Assembly: GCA_002633005.1 (NCBI GenBank)
Contig: NMRA01000013.1
Coordinates: forward strand, 606,297-670,296
DNA from: Phoronis australis
Lineage: Eukaryota; Animalia; Phoronida
Direction of reading: 5' to 3'
DNA: 64,000 nucleotides
Under the pieces are notes generated by a model. That model was not told the origin of the DNA. It searched no databases and was given only the letters and a program-made list of their open reading frames with translations. Every line of letters begins with the position of its first letter. Within the stretch, counting starts at the first letter, position 1. Made by a program: the position numbers and the translations under genes. This document shows, one piece after another, positions 25,401 through 39,537 of the stretch.

Positions 25401-28400
25401 AAAGTTATAGTTCTTGGTCAGAACAAATTAAAACTGGTTTTAAAAGATATAACTGTAGTGAGGTAAAAACATTCTGTGAGCCATGTGGTTTAGTAAGAGG
25501 TACAACCGTTGCTACAAAGCTCAATGTGAAAATGATGGTTGCAAAAATTGTATCTCAGAACGTGGTGTTGATGTTGAATCTTGTTGGAAACAATGATGCA
25601 CCAAGCTAAATGGGGGTCGTCGTAAAGCGAAAGCATTGGCAACTTGTGAAACTAAAACCAAACCAAGAGTCAGGGCAAACTATTATTCAAGTATATGTTC
25701 ACCTCATCTCTAATATGCTTCCGACACATGGGGAGCACACAGTTCGCATTACTGAGAGGGATGGATATCATCCATAAAGACCATGTCTGTGCATGAGGAA
25801 TGCATGTCCAGCTGCTGCTGGGCAATTAATATGTGGCAAAGTATACCCCGCATGGAGAACCCCAATTGAATTGAGAGGCAGGTGGCCCACTCTTCTGCAC
25901 ATTGAGATAAAAAATACTGCTGGACTGAAATAATTAGTGGGACAGCATAGCTCTCTTCATGAAAAGTGTCAGATTAAAGACTGATACTCTAATGACATGT
26001 TCTATTATTATCACTTCTGCTTAAAACCACAGAGCGCGTGGAAATATCTGTCCATTTGATAACAGCAAGCTCACAGGATATATGCTATGGAAAAGGTAAG
26101 CTTTCATAATTTAATGTAAAATACAGTAGTACAAAAATTTAATGGGCTCAAACTTACATGAAGATCTGTAGTAAACTTTTTGTCAACTTGAAACCATCAG
26201 ACAACAGGCAGAGAAATGATATGTCTAACAAAAGGAACGTGGATATAACCTCGTAGGACTGTATCATCGAACGAAAACAGAATCATGCGAAAATATTTAT
26301 TTTAGCATCTAATTTGCAATCACCTGAATAACTGGAAAAATACCGAGTAGCAGAAGATTTTGCAATAAAATACAAATGCCACTACAGAAAATGTTTTGAA
26401 AATGTAATTTTGAGTTGTTCTTTCATCACACCTTTTTAACGTAAATTAATGAGGAAAAACTCGACAAAGGCAAAAACCAAAACACAAACTGCATCTAGCA
26501 ATTAACTCCTCAAGTAGGCCTGGATTTTTGTCATGTAAGTATTGGAGAAAATAGAAATATACAAGTTTTACACAAGGTGCACTGGACGGATGGTGTTTAT
26601 TGCGCGATTTTTTTCACTTCTGCCGTTCTCCAGGGCCTCCTAGAACGATGGTAGCTGTAAACACTACGTAGAACTTAAAAGTATCTCTGTAAAATGCACA
26701 GCTATTGCAAAACTAAAACTGTGTTAAGTGAGGAAACGAACAAAGCTTGACTTAACAGTTAACACTCTGAAGAGGAGCACGATGTAAGTGGAAAAACAAG
26801 GCTCTTAAAACAATGTCAAAATCACTTGAACTCTGAAGTTAAAAACAGTACATTAACAAGACATGTCATTTTTTGCAGGCAGATAGGTTTATTTTCTTAG
26901 GAATTATCACGAAATAACTTATTCCCTAAATACTTTTCCCCAGTACTGCGTGTCTGCACATTTAGCCAGACATCCTGGGACTTGCATTGTTGAAAATGGA
27001 CCAGAAAAAAATCAGGACGACTATTGCATATCCTAGGCAACAAAGACGTAACATTACAGGCTATTTCAGAGTTATCATTAGGTGAAAGGTCAGCACAAAT
27101 GCGTCATAAAGAGCCACATAAGTGACCCTAATGTCAGACACAAGAGACTTGCTTAATAAGCAGCATTCCCATGCATTTCAGAATCCCAGAAACTTCACAG
27201 GGATCTTTTTACTGAAATTGTTTCCTCTAATCCGCTGCGTGATCTCATGCAATCGAGTACCAGTAATTTCCATTCCACCATGAGCAAGTTTTGAAAAGAC
27301 AACTGAGAGCATGATAACAACAGTTAGTTAACTGGTAATAATTGTATTCTGCTTTCAAATATGCTGGTCGCCGAAAACATCGACCTGCATTTTTGACTGT
27401 TCCCTCTGATGTGTCGTGTATAGGAGCCAAAACTTTCACAACCTCCGTGTATGGAGTTTCCTTGTTTAGGCGATCTCATTTCCTATAAGGCGACTTGAGA
27501 ACTTTGGCAGAATTTTGGCGAGTTGACGTAATGCTAAGCAGCAAACCCTGAAGTTATGCAGGCTAGTACTCTCCTAGACAACTACCTATAGTAATTGAAT
27601 TATTAAAAGAATCTGAATGAAAACCATTTACAAAAAGGCTCTCCATATGCCGTTACTATTTACACAATCTAGTACTCCTGATAGATTAGAATTTGAACTA
27701 ATAATGCATTAAATAAATAGAAATTTTCTGTAATTGATGGAAATTATTGGTTCTTCAATGGTGAAATTTTATAATTGTAAAATTATAATGCTTCCAGAAC
27801 TTACTCGATTTTGATACATGATGACAACTAATAAATGCTTTTGTGACATATTATGGCGTGTGTCGATTTTTCTCGAGTTTCCTGCCATTTGCCATCAGAC
27901 TGACACATACCATCTAAAGTCTAAGCTTGAAAAAACGAAACGTTACCTTCAATTGTCAAAGTAAGAATTTTAGTTTTTACGTATCAGAAGTTCCATCTTC
28001 CAAAGGTTAACTGACCCTGCTACAAACATGTATCGCTTGCCAAATATCTCAAAAAGTAAAGGGGCTTCAATATCGGACAATAATAGATTTTTTCTGTTTT
28101 CATATGCATACAACACTATTGTAGAAAATGGCCACAAATTCTCAAAGCATTGCTCAACTGTAGCTATGGCACAGAACTTAAAAAGATAAACCATTAGTTT
28201 GCACGGCTACCTTATATTTCATTAAAAAAACACAAATTTCACTTCTCCGTTATATTGTGTTCTTTAAAAAATGGTAAAATTGACATTTAGCAATGAACAA
28301 TTTTAAATTATTAATTTTATTGAGAATTTGGACAGCATAACAACCCACTTACTCAAACTATTGAGTCTGAGAATTATTGCAAAGAAATTTTCTCTTGGTA

Positions 28401-28579
28401 ATGAAAGACTGAAAGCAGAAGCATAGCATGACAATTCAGATTTGATAATTAAAGTTGAAATTCAACGATAGCATTGATGTCCTGTAAGCATGTACAATGG
28501 TTCCCTATACATTTTAGGCTTGTAGAAGGCTTAGAACTATGGGGATGTTTAACAATTATAGGTGACTTTCACACAGGAT

Positions 28580-28765
28580 AGGCCTTTTGAAATTGACTTG
28601 TAAGGTCATTGAAAATAGTTCTGCGTGAAACCTTTTCTTAGTCATACAACTGTCCCAGTTGGCCTGTGCAAATAACCATATCTTAACAAAGGGTTTAGGG
28701 TCCTGGCTGAGAAAATAACTGTTTTATTACTGACTATGAGTTTTGAATAGCCCAGCCCGGAATGT
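28580..28765 (+). repeat. dispersed repeat family A, copy 2
   Basis: aggccttttgaaattgacttg...ttcttagtcatacaactgtccc...ggtcctggctgagaa. Confidence 0.8.
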
Positions 28766-29095
28766 ATACCACTGTCGACTTCTAACTGGAGTGATAGCTT
28801 TGTTTGTGCGATTTATGAATGAAAAGTTCAAGTATCAATACCTGGTCATAACAATGCAAAATAAGTACAGGTATTGAAATTTATCAATAGAAATAAAGTA
28901 TGGTTGGAAAACACAAAGCATTTTCTCAACAAAACACAGCCCAAATAAGTAAAACTATTGTGAGCAAAATGCATTAAATGTTGGTAATAGAGGAGACATC
29001 AGCTGAGGTTAAATAGCAGTCGATCAGTCCTATTATGTAATGAAGTATTCCCTAATGCATGTTGAATGACTTGTGACATTCATCAAAATGATTGG

Positions 29096-29399
29096 ATCAA
29101 CTGAAATTTTTGGGATTTAATAACGTCCTTATGTCAACAGAAACAGAAATAAAGTAAAATCAAACACTATATGACAATTGACATTACGCCATATCTTAAA
29201 TGTCAATTGTCATATAGTGTTTGATTTTACTTTATTTCTGTTTCTGTTGACAAAGGATGTTATTACATCCGAAAATTTCAGTTGATCCATTCTTGTTGTT
29301 TTATTTACCTATTTATATTCTACATTTCGTGAAACAATAGTATCCTTGGGAGGATTTGGATCGCCTTATTTAGTTTCAGATTTATTTTCTACGTTATTT
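29096..29399 (+). mobile_element. Penelope-like retroelement remnant (inverted pLTR palindrome) flanked by a 14-bp direct repeat
   Basis: atcaaaatgattgg at 29082-29095 and 29400-29413. Perfect 54-bp inverted arms 29132-29185 and 29199-29252, extending imperfectly to ~29094 and ~29290. Hammerhead-like core in the right arm. Confidence 0.65.
29244..29281 (+). ncRNA. minimal type I hammerhead-ribozyme-like motif (U3-A8 variant)
   Basis: ctg-TTGACAA-a-GGATGT-tatt-ACATCC-GAAA-att-t-cag: perfect 6-bp stem II, GAAA box, 3-bp stem I and a palindromic AATT in place of stem III. Confidence 0.45.
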
Positions 29400-31300
29400 A
29401 TCAAAATGATTGGGGATACAAGAACCAATCTTGTTCAGAAGATGTCAAAAGTGTTCATCAAAAATTACAACAATAACACAAAATGAGATTTTTGTAATAT
29501 CATACTTTGCAAAATCTTCATGCACCATGAATACCCGACTTCCGTTTAAACAAAATCACCATTTGAAATCCCTGGTGTACATTCTGTAGACGGAAGACAC
29601 TCATCACTAAAGCTAGTGTGATCACATATTTTGCTTGTAATACATGGCAGTATCTTGAAAACAACCCGACTGATCTTTCATTTATGCAAGTCTCTTGTTT
29701 CTGTGGAACACAGACCTTATTTCAGGATGGCTGTTAAGCGTATGGTGCTAAAGTTACTGTGACCTCACCATCAGCCAAACAGCGAATTTACAATTTAGAC
29801 CATTACACATCTACAAAATTGTGTGACTTTGTAACACTTCAGATAATAAGACTTGCCAGCTGACCACTGCACTTTTTCGACATCCATGATTAAAACAACA
29901 TTCACATAGTTACCTGATTAGATGACAAATCCAATATCTGACAAAAAATCACACATGAACCCTCATAGGATGTCTGCATGATCAATCATCTGGTGCCCTT
30001 AAATCCGCAAGCAGATCTTCCCTTATACTAAGGCTTAAACATTCATGAGGCTGAGCTCACGAAGGCTGGACCCAATGTCTTCAGAACCAGTTTTCTACAC
30101 TGAACAAGGAGCATCAAAGTGGTTCGCAGAATCTGAGACCCCTGTGACTTTTGCCATTTCAAGAACTGAAAGCATTATGGGCAATGTGCAAATTAACACT
30201 CCATCCAGCATTTGGTCTTGGCACCTGGCTATTTGGCCAATCTTGTAGCTTTTGGCACAGTGTAAGCCCAAGCCAATTCAATGAACCACCTTGAAACATC
30301 CCCTCTACTCTGAGCAAGTAGTAATTTGAGCCCTGACCAAGTATTATACATTAGAAGCACTTTTATAAAAAAGCAGGCCTGCTTAAGCCTGACCCTGCAT
30401 AGAGTGTAGTTTCAAAAATATCAAACCCCACATCTTTCATTCATAAACCATCCAGTAACATCGGAAGGTGTGCAGTACTTCATATGTCGGCATTGAATCT
30501 AGCGAGGAAACAGCTCTTGAAACTCAACATTATGATGTATCTCATGATCAAGGACCCTCTTCCTGCCAGAAAACAATTTTAGATAACTAAACACCAACAG
30601 ACACCAGTTATTCATTTCATGGAAACAATTAGACAAAGTCAACCAAAGTGACCAACTTGAACGTGAAATTTTACATGTTTCCGAGAACCAAAACTCACAG
30701 AATTTGCGTCAAAATTAATCTCTATGCATCTATGTTTATGAGAACCCAAGATACCCACAACATATTCACTTAAAAAATGAGATTTGTTAGTGCCCCTTGG
30801 GGCCATATGAGTACAAGCCTCTTCAGTTCATCAACACCCTGAGCTTGCCATTGCCATAGACAGGTGTAACACATCTGATTACTTGCACCAGCAACAGCCA
30901 TATCATCGGGATGCAGCTCTTTGCTGGTTTTTCTAGATTTTACTTATACAGTATTTACATTTGTTTACCCAGGGGCTAATTTCCAGCATCAGGCGCTGCA
31001 ATAACTCTTAGCTTGTTTAGCATATGATATGGCAAAGATTAGTCAAGTTTCTCAAAAACACTTCATAAAGTTTCCAGCGTTTGTAGTATTTCAAAATAAA
31101 AAATGTAATTTTAGAATTTATTATCTGCAAAATAAGTTAAATATTACAGTAACACAGATTTCCTTAGCTGAACACAGAAAACGTCACCAATTATGGACAA
31201 AATAATTGCCACATAAGCCCATTTCCTTTTCAATCACAGCTTTTAACACTGCAGTGAACGTCCACAATTTTTAAATTGTTGCATTAGAAATATGACCAAT

Positions 31301-31455
31301 TCCATTTGAAATTGACATGCACCAGTCATTGAAAGCAGTTCTTTTTGAACCCTGTTCTTAGTCATACAACTGTCCCCATTGGACTGTGTAACTAAACAGG
31401 GCTCAAAAGGTGTGTGGTCCTGGCTGAGAACACAATTATTGTCCCCTATGGATGC
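31301..31455 (+). repeat. dispersed repeat family A, copy 3
   Basis: tttgaaattgacatgcacc...ttcttagtcatacaactgtccc...ggtcctggctgagaa. Confidence 0.8.
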
Positions 31456-32479
31456 AGAAGACTCCAGCTTTAGATTGTGAGCAGGCAATGAAGCCAGACA
31501 TGCTATAAACAGTCCCACTAAATAAGATTGGTCCTAGCCCCGCTTGTCAAGGTAAACGGTGGGGTATGGAAAATTGAACTAGACCGTTTTTACCCACCTT
31601 GGCTGAGTCGCGCTCGGCTCACGATCAAAGGGATGCCGCCAAGCTGCTCTATTCATCGAATCACAAGCGAGGATAAGTTAGCTTCGCTCATGCGGATATG
31701 ATCAGCTGATTACAATCTACCTAGTAGACTGTACATTTTATGGAGAGAGTTTTAAGTAGTTTTTACTGTAACATTTGAAAAGAGGAGAGAAAACAAATAT
31801 GAGTACAACTTTGAATTTTTCAAATCGGCCTAGGACAAGAGATTTTGCAACACAGCAACACTCACGATTACTTTCAATTGGCGCGCACTAATACAAAAAT
31901 ATAGGACCCAAGTTTTTTGGATTTTGGAACACATGCATTGCAATATTCAAAATACGTTTATTATGAATCTTACAAGCTGTAAAACGACGTTTAATTTCAT
32001 TGTGCTCATTCATTGTCATCCGTCAAATCGGCAATTTCCGAGATGTGATCTGCGGCGTGCGCCTATGTGTACAAAACACGTGATTGTTATGTTCCTGAAG
32101 TACGAAAATTAAGAAACTTTAGCATGCCGTTTTTATTGACAGGGACACGATAAAACGAATTTGGATTTTGACTATAGTTTTGATGCAGCGAGCTGGCTGA
32201 CCACTGCGTCAGTGTCTCCGTTAGACCCAGAAATTTCACACAGCCCGGGTAGTTCACTTCGTCCCCAACATGTAGATCGAGCCTTGGACTATTAATACTC
32301 CACGATAGAGCTAACGACCGTCGGCCTGTGCACACAAAACCTGTGACTTAACCAGCACTCACCTTGCACGTTGCAGCCGTGTAAATGAAAAACCAATCTA
32401 GTAAACGCCATTTTCCTACAAAATCCTCTGCCTTTTGCAACAAAAAAGTCTATCGTCGATGACCCACACACGCACGCTC

Positions 32480-32992
32480 CGGCACTCACTCTCATACGCA
32501 GACGAACTTCAAAACAAACGTCACGTGACAACAACAGTGTGATTTTCCTCGTGTTGTGGGGTACGATGTAGCGCAGATTTGCACTTAATCGCAATTAATC
32601 TGGACTCCACATGAACTTTAAAAATTGTAAAACATAAGGAAGATTTCAGGTAATTTGTTGAGACGAAACTATATTTTTATTCAAGAGTTCAAGTTATCCT
32701 ATTGACGATGGCGATTCAGCGACGCATCGGTCGGCAAGTTTTCGCCCTGTAATGAGCACAATTTTTTGAAAAACTATCGTAATTTAACAACGGAAGTTCA
32801 TTGCAATGCACCACAATTTTATAGAAAGGCTGTCATAGGCTAAAAATAGGTCACAGAGTGTAAATTTGATGAATCCTAGCTTCCGATTATACCCGTTTGG
32901 GAAACCGGCTTTCAACTGCCGTAGGCTACAATAAGAATCCCCTCCTCGTGAAATGAATTTTTCTAAGCGTTTATTAGAGCCAATACACTATA
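32480..32992 (+). mobile_element. right-hand part of a second copy of the pogo-like element at 50878-52853
   Basis: Colinear with ~52315-52853 (aaaacaaa(c/t)gtcacgtgacaacaaca, gtaatttgttgag, cgtaatttaacaacg, tacaataa) and ends in a decayed TIR, aagcgtttattagagccaatac. Confidence 0.75.
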
Positions 32993-33873
32993 CAGCTTTC
33001 CACCAAGGCTAGGTGATGCTGCATTAGTAACTGGTCTTGGCTAATTATCATTTTGTGGCTTGGTCATCCATTCAGCCAAAAGTAGTTCTGGAGGTGGCTT
33101 ATCAGCCAATTATTTACGCATGCTGACTCACAATAGAAGCCTGATAAGAGTGAAGGTGGATAAATGCCATGTTCCTACAGTGTCTTGTGCTAGTGGATGT
33201 GTTCACCACATGGACAACTTGTTCCTGAGAAGTAACTTCTGTGTTTGCAAAGAACTGAAAATGGTATTTGTTGACACCATGCTTGATGCATAAGACCACA
33301 TGCCACAAGTCCACCTGTACCCTTATTAGAAACTTGGCTCTTTTAATGGCTTACTTGTACTTCGGGAACAGATGAGTACAATTCCTGCAAGACGCCTGAT
33401 CTAAGGTCCTACAGAGTGAAGTATGGTAAAAACTCACGAATTTAGGACACAATAATGATGGACAAGCGAAATTTAACTTTTTTGATTTTCCCATGAAAAG
33501 GAGATGTACTACAAAGCAAAGCTTTTACATGATGAGATTTGTACCACATATAGCACCAGATATTTTGAAAAAGTCCAGACGTTCACAATGTTAGAACTTA
33601 GAAGCCTTTGAAGAATGAAGACATATGGCTATTGTTGTAACTATTTCTATCCAAAACTGGGTGAGATTTTACCCTTAGAACAATTGTCACATTAGAGATG
33701 GCTTCAAGACAATAAAACATATTTAATAAACTGATATGTCATGGACTACAACTAGCGACTTTTCGAACTGTTTGGCTAATGAAATTTAATTCCCCGTAAA
33801 AGTTATGTTAGGACCAGCAGGAAATATAGAAAAAGTAATCAAAATAAGTGCGTTAAAGATGTATTTGCATGCT

Positions 33874-34110
33874 CCTATGTTAATGTATAGCAGGAACTAA
33901 ACGACAATGCTATTTGAACATCACATACGCTAAACAATGTGCAGCTGACAACTTGTAAATATGAAAATAAAAAATTCTGCAAATAGGTGACCTTTGCACT
34001 AATGACGCATCATGCAGTGTTATTCCCCAATGCACCAAGTCACAATACTTACTGGATACAGTTCGAGAGATTTATGGCGGATCATTTTCGACAAAACTCG
34101 TTTTTAAAAT
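33874..34110. repeat. dispersed repeat, inverted copy of 16640-16892
   Basis: aaaaaattctgcaaataggtgacctttgcactaatgacg is the reverse complement of 16750-16788. Confidence 0.85.
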
Positions 34111-35155
34111 GATCCTTGTAAATTTTGATGCAAGAGCACAGCAATGCATAACAACGGTCTAGATTTGACTAGCCTAGAATATTTAAATATTGTTGTCGTC
34201 TGGAACTGAAACCAAACAGGAGGTTTTTGTAATGCCCATCTGAAGCCATAATTAATTATAAATTCAATCAAAGCCCTGAAACCATCCTATTTCAAAAGTT
34301 GGTTTTTGTGACGAAAGGCGAATTTTACAGCTACTTTAACAAACAGGCCAGATTGATATCTGCATTTGAATTTTCCACTGGAATAATCCAACTCAATAAA
34401 CTGGATATTTTAGACGCACTGCCATGAAGAACCTGAAAATCTTAAAACACGACACTAAACATCTTTTATGAAGAAATTGAGAAAATAAATTTCACTCGCC
34501 AGCCATACCATGCTTCACATTGTGAGATTTCACCGTTTACGGACGACCTCTATTTTCATGTCCTCTGTTACAGGAATGATCATAAATTAATTACTTGTAC
34601 ATGAGGTAACTGCCGGCTGTATTATTTTCTTCACCTGATCATAGTCACGCTTTCGATATTAAGTTCAACTCAAGAATACTGTAAGTATGGTATTAATCAA
34701 GCGTTGGGAATGGCCTCGCACTGTGTTAATAGCATCTTGGACATTTTGATTAGAAATAGATGAATATATTAGGTCAAAAGTTTAGATTGTTCTCAGCATT
34801 TGCTAATGTACCATCTGCCAATTTGTCAATAGACTGATGGCAAATTGCTTTTTGTAAGAGTGCGCAATCATTTCTTCCCAAAATCTCAAAGTGCACAGGT
34901 AAGGCAACCGTTTATTGGATCATGGATTACAGCTTTTTTAGTGTACCTGTGAATCCTACATATACATCAAACATCCCACATCCTTGATACAACTTTCTTC
35001 TTTAGCAAAGTTAGAACAACACATTGGACGACTGAACTAGTTTTCAAAAGATATTATAACCGCACCTTCGGAGCTGATTTGGACTAGTGAGCACCTCACT
35101 CAACTTTTCAGTTACTGTGCAACAGAATTTTTTATTCATGACGGAGTTTTTTTGT

Positions 35156-35650
35156 TCAGTGACTTTACCAAACGTACAGGGTTGTGAGCATTTTATAACA
35201 TCTAGCTTCTTTGTTAACTGCCAAGCACAGTCTTTTGTCTGGTATGATAACAGGCAGACCAATTGTCTACCAGGATTATTACAGACCACATGCAAACACA
35301 GTCAAACCCAGAGCGAACTTGGTACATTCGGAAAGAATAGGTTATCATAACTTCAGTTGTAGTTGGGCAATTTTGGCAAATAAAAAACTAAACATGATCA
35401 CCATTTGACGAGGATTTCAGAAATGCTATTGGTTTATGTTAATTTTTATTTTTAGCTGCACAGCCCAGTCAGGCTAGATATGATTTTACTGGAGATTAGA
35501 GCAATTATTGAACAAAAGAGAGCTGGCCCTCAAACCATCAATGCCAGAATGGAAATAATCAGTCCTGTAAGATATCGGCTACAGGGTTGTTTTTCCCAAC
35601 TTGTTGTTGGGCTATAGAATCGAACAAGTTGGGAGCAACGGGAAAACGTA
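35156..35650. repeat. ~500-bp dispersed repeat, inverted copy at ~51090-51615
   Basis: ataacatctagcttctttgttaactgccaa, acatgatcaccatttgacga and ttcccaacttgttgttgggctataga are all shared with the reverse complement of 51090-51615. Confidence 0.85.
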
Positions 35651-35686
35651 GTAATTTGCGCATCAGAATGACGAAAGCCTAATATT

Positions 35687-36905
35687 AACAAGAGCAACAC
35701 GGAGCGTTGAAATACGCCCACAAATGCATCGCAAATGGTGTGCTTTTAGGGGGTTTTGTTTGCATCATCGAAATGGCCACAAGATGATGCAAAATACGTT
35801 GAATCCGTCTGAAAACCAGAAAATGTTGTTTCTTTAAAAGAAAGCCATTTACTAAATTTCATTAAATTTCGTTGCGGAACTTAAGAGAAACAGAGGAAAA
35901 CAAAAAAAATGAAATTGCCACTAGGGGGCACAGTGTTCGTCAGATCCGTCTAAAAGTCGTTGTCTTCTCTTGCTAATTTCATATAAGTACACGTACTAAA
36001 TATAAAGATCCTGCAAAGGGCTTAGGAGATACAAGCATGGGTGCAAAAAAAACAAAACTGGCACTAGGAGGCACCACAGTACTCGAAGTCAGCAGAAAAT
36101 CATCGTCAACCGTAACCTTCATAGAAAGAACATACATGCCAACTTTCACAATCATCCTTGGAGTGGTTTGGTTGACAGAGGGATGGACGCCAAAAACAGA
36201 CTCAAAAACAACAAAAATGGCCACTACGTGGCGCAAGCTACGAATCCATGTGACAGCGGGAGGATAGCGTCATCTCAATAACAGATCTCTATGTGCCAAA
36301 TTTTATGGATATAAGTTGAGGACCTTTTTGAAGAAACAGAGGTAAACGTAAAAAACTAAAACTGCCACTAGGGGACACACCGGTACACCAATCTGTCCGA
36401 AAGTCGTCGTCATTTGTTGTCAACTTCATATAAATACATTTGCTAAATTTAATAAAGATCCTGTAGAACGTTTAGGAGATACGACCATGGGCGCAATCAT
36501 CCTTCAAGTGGTTTGGTGGTTAGAGGGGCCGACGCCAAAAAATCGACTCAAAAACAGTAAAAATGACCACTAGATGACCCAAAATGCCTCAAATCCATCC
36601 AAAAACGAGAGGATAGCGTCAACTCATTACTAAATGCCTATGTGCCAAATTTCACGAAAATAGATTCAGGACCTTTTAAGATACAGAGGCAAACATAAAA
36701 AACTAAAATTGCCACTAGGGGGCACAGTGGTATTCGGGTCGGTCCGAAACTCGTCGCCCTCAGTCGTCAACGCCATAGGAACACACTTGCCAAATTTCAA
36801 TAAGATCCTGCAAGGGGCTTAGGAGATACAGTTGCGGACACCCAGATCGCCATACAGAGATGACGGCAATATGCGACCACATATAAATCTGTGGGCGCAT
36901 AAAAA
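35687..36905 (-). mobile_element. DINE-1/HINE-like element, copy 2
   Basis: Reverse complement of copy 1: 3' hairpin and subTIR at 35687-35721, internal array with gccactagggggcac-type motifs, 5' end gtgggcgcataaaaa at 36891-36905. Confidence 0.8.
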
Positions 36906-39449
36906 CAATAACGTTGATATGCACCCGTGAACACCATGAAGATAAATCAAAAACCTAAGTACATACTGAGCCAAAGGCACCAAAGCAGTCGGACCAGCCC
37001 AAAAATCATGTCTACCATGCCTTCACAGCAGGAAAACAAAAAAAGTACCCCATTGATGGGCGGCATTATGTGCAAGTACTGCAAAATCAGCGAGGGTGTT
37101 GTAATATTGCAGGGTTAGTGGATACTAAGTTGGTGTATCCAGCTGACTGGTTATCCTGCAACTAATTAGTGGACCTACGTGTATCTGTTGTATTAGCCTA
37201 ATGGCACAATTTTTAATTTTGAAATTGGGAGATTCTTTTTGACATAAATATATTTTTAATCTATGGAGATACAATGCAAAACCATACCTCAAACGTATGA
37301 CCTTTGAAGTTTTCGACAATTCTGCTGGTGGTTACCAAAGAAGGGAAACTTTCAGTAAAATGTTCATCTTGGCTCACACTGTGTGGATACGATGAGCCAC
37401 AACCTAACAAGTTTATGGCTCCCTGCTGCCGAGGGTGTGATGAAGTATCAATAAAGTGATTAAATTAAGCTTGGTATTTAGTAGTTGCACATGGTCAAGT
37501 GGTTCCATTAATTTTGGCACTGTAGTGAACCTTTGAAGTGCAGAAAAAGATGATTTTCACTATTACTTATGGGCAAAATTAGCTAAGAATTACTTACTAC
37601 TTAATGTATTCCTGAATAAGTGGCCATGTGGAGAATTTCTCACTTACACTGGTCACTGCTCTAATTCCCTAAGAACCAGACAACTTTTGTGATGCCTATT
37701 CAGCACGCCCTTTGTATTGAAGCAGATCTGAGCTAATGAAATGGAAAGGTAATAGCTAGCACTACTTTCTTAACAATGGTAGTCCTTATTACACCCAAAT
37801 TGTTTTTCTCTGGCATTTGCACAGAGTTAAAGCCTGCAATATGGATAGCAGTTTTAACTTGGTATATTTTAAATATTACAAAGACTAAAAAGTAAATTTG
37901 CGTTGATCTTGACAAAGGGCCACTTCCTAAAGGAACGTTGGTTTTAAATATGTTTCATACCTGTTTTCATTACTTTATTGTAACACTCTTGTTTACTTTT
38001 TTTTCTAACCAATTAGAGTTGCTATCTTTTATTTTGTGTTTAAACGAAGTACCAAAACAATTTAAAAGTCAGGTAATTGTGAACCCATCCCTGAATTTTC
38101 CAGATTACAGCTACACCAATCATGTCACAGCAAACAAAACTACACATGCCATTAGTTCAAGTTCAATCTTTATTAGAACTCAAATAATAAAATATATACA
38201 AAAGTGCAAATATGGTGATAGCCAAACTGAAGATTTGGAACCTCTAGACAATTTTGGTTGCAGTAACTACATAACTATTCTAGCTTTTCCTGTCATAAAA
38301 ATGAAATCACAGCTCTTGCCCACCATTACCAACCTCATCCACTGCTTGCAGCTCTCTTTGTTGACTATAAAGCTAGCTATCTTAGTTGTCTTCACAGGTG
38401 TTCCATTACAACTACAAGCTAACTATCGAAAATGGTGCATTTCCGCGAATAGCAGTTTTCCGCATAGTGTACTACTCATGGAGTAAAGTAGTTCGGCATG
38501 CACTGAGCCATAAGCGATGTTTTAAAAGTTATTGACATCTAATTTAGTCACTGTGTGTTGTTTATAGATGTTTCAATGTAGCTTAGTTGTATATTAAAAG
38601 AATAATCCACATGGTATTGTTAACTCTGATCAGCGTTTGTAAATCACCGAGTACATCAATACGCGGTCGTTTATCTTCAATAGTACCCAATGTTCGTAGT
38701 TTTTAGCTAAATAGTTCATCGATTTTTAAAATTCGAAAACCAAACTTGGTTGTTTTTTCCATCTGAATACAGCTGTGGTATTTGTTTTAATGAGAACTGT
38801 TTGTTAAATGTATTTTGAAAATTCGCCAATATGTACAGGCAGAGGCGTTTATTACAGTTTATGGTCGGGTAATTACACTTAATTGGGTCATGCTCGCACC
38901 GGACAATGTGGTCATCACAACCTAGTCAGACTCTCAGGCGCCGCGCTCTCTTTGATCCCGGTAAAATCCGTTCAGAAGGATGAGCGGTGAAAAGTCGCGC
39001 ATATCTTTAGAAATGCGTTACTTCTGTGTAAGCGTATTATTCATGGCATGGCATTTGGTAGTTGCACCTGATCCAGTTTGCTATAAAATGCCATGGTCTG
39101 ATGACATCTCATAAGATGAGTCTGGATCTTAACTTAGAACAGCTGTTCAGACAACCTAAATGTTAATCTGGAGATAACCCATGGTTGAGTTCCTAGTCTT
39201 TCCAGAGGCTGGCAAGTGTATTGGCGGGACTCACCTGCGTGTGAGGCAGTTTGTTGACTGACACACATATGGAGATTGTGGTTGAATTGCCATTAGCCAT
39301 GTAGTTTAAAACCTTTCCAGCGACGTTGACTTGCAAAGAGTTCGATACCTTGGCTGGAACGGATGTGGGCCAGTGCCTTATTGAGTCGTGAGGTGCTAGT
39401 TTCAAAGTGTCAGTCAGGGTACCAATCAGAACCAAGTATTGTTTTGTGC

Positions 39450-39476
39450 CTAATATTCTACTCTTTAATTTTTCAG
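39450..39476 (+). promoter_or_regulatory. probable splice acceptor of a 5'-UTR intron of the GPCR
   Basis: ctaat branch-like motif, pyrimidine tract and tttttcAG ending at 39476, 61 nt upstream of the ATG (gacaccATGg, a good Kozak context). Confidence 0.55.
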
Positions 39477-39537
39477 GATGTCACCACCAATCTAAGCTAA
39501 AGATTTAAAGATTGTTTGAAGGTTCGGATAAGACACC

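Noticed and set aside
37938-38486. 182-aa ORF
   Set aside because: Non-ATG start, AT-rich low-information composition and no recognisable motif; likely a chance ORF.
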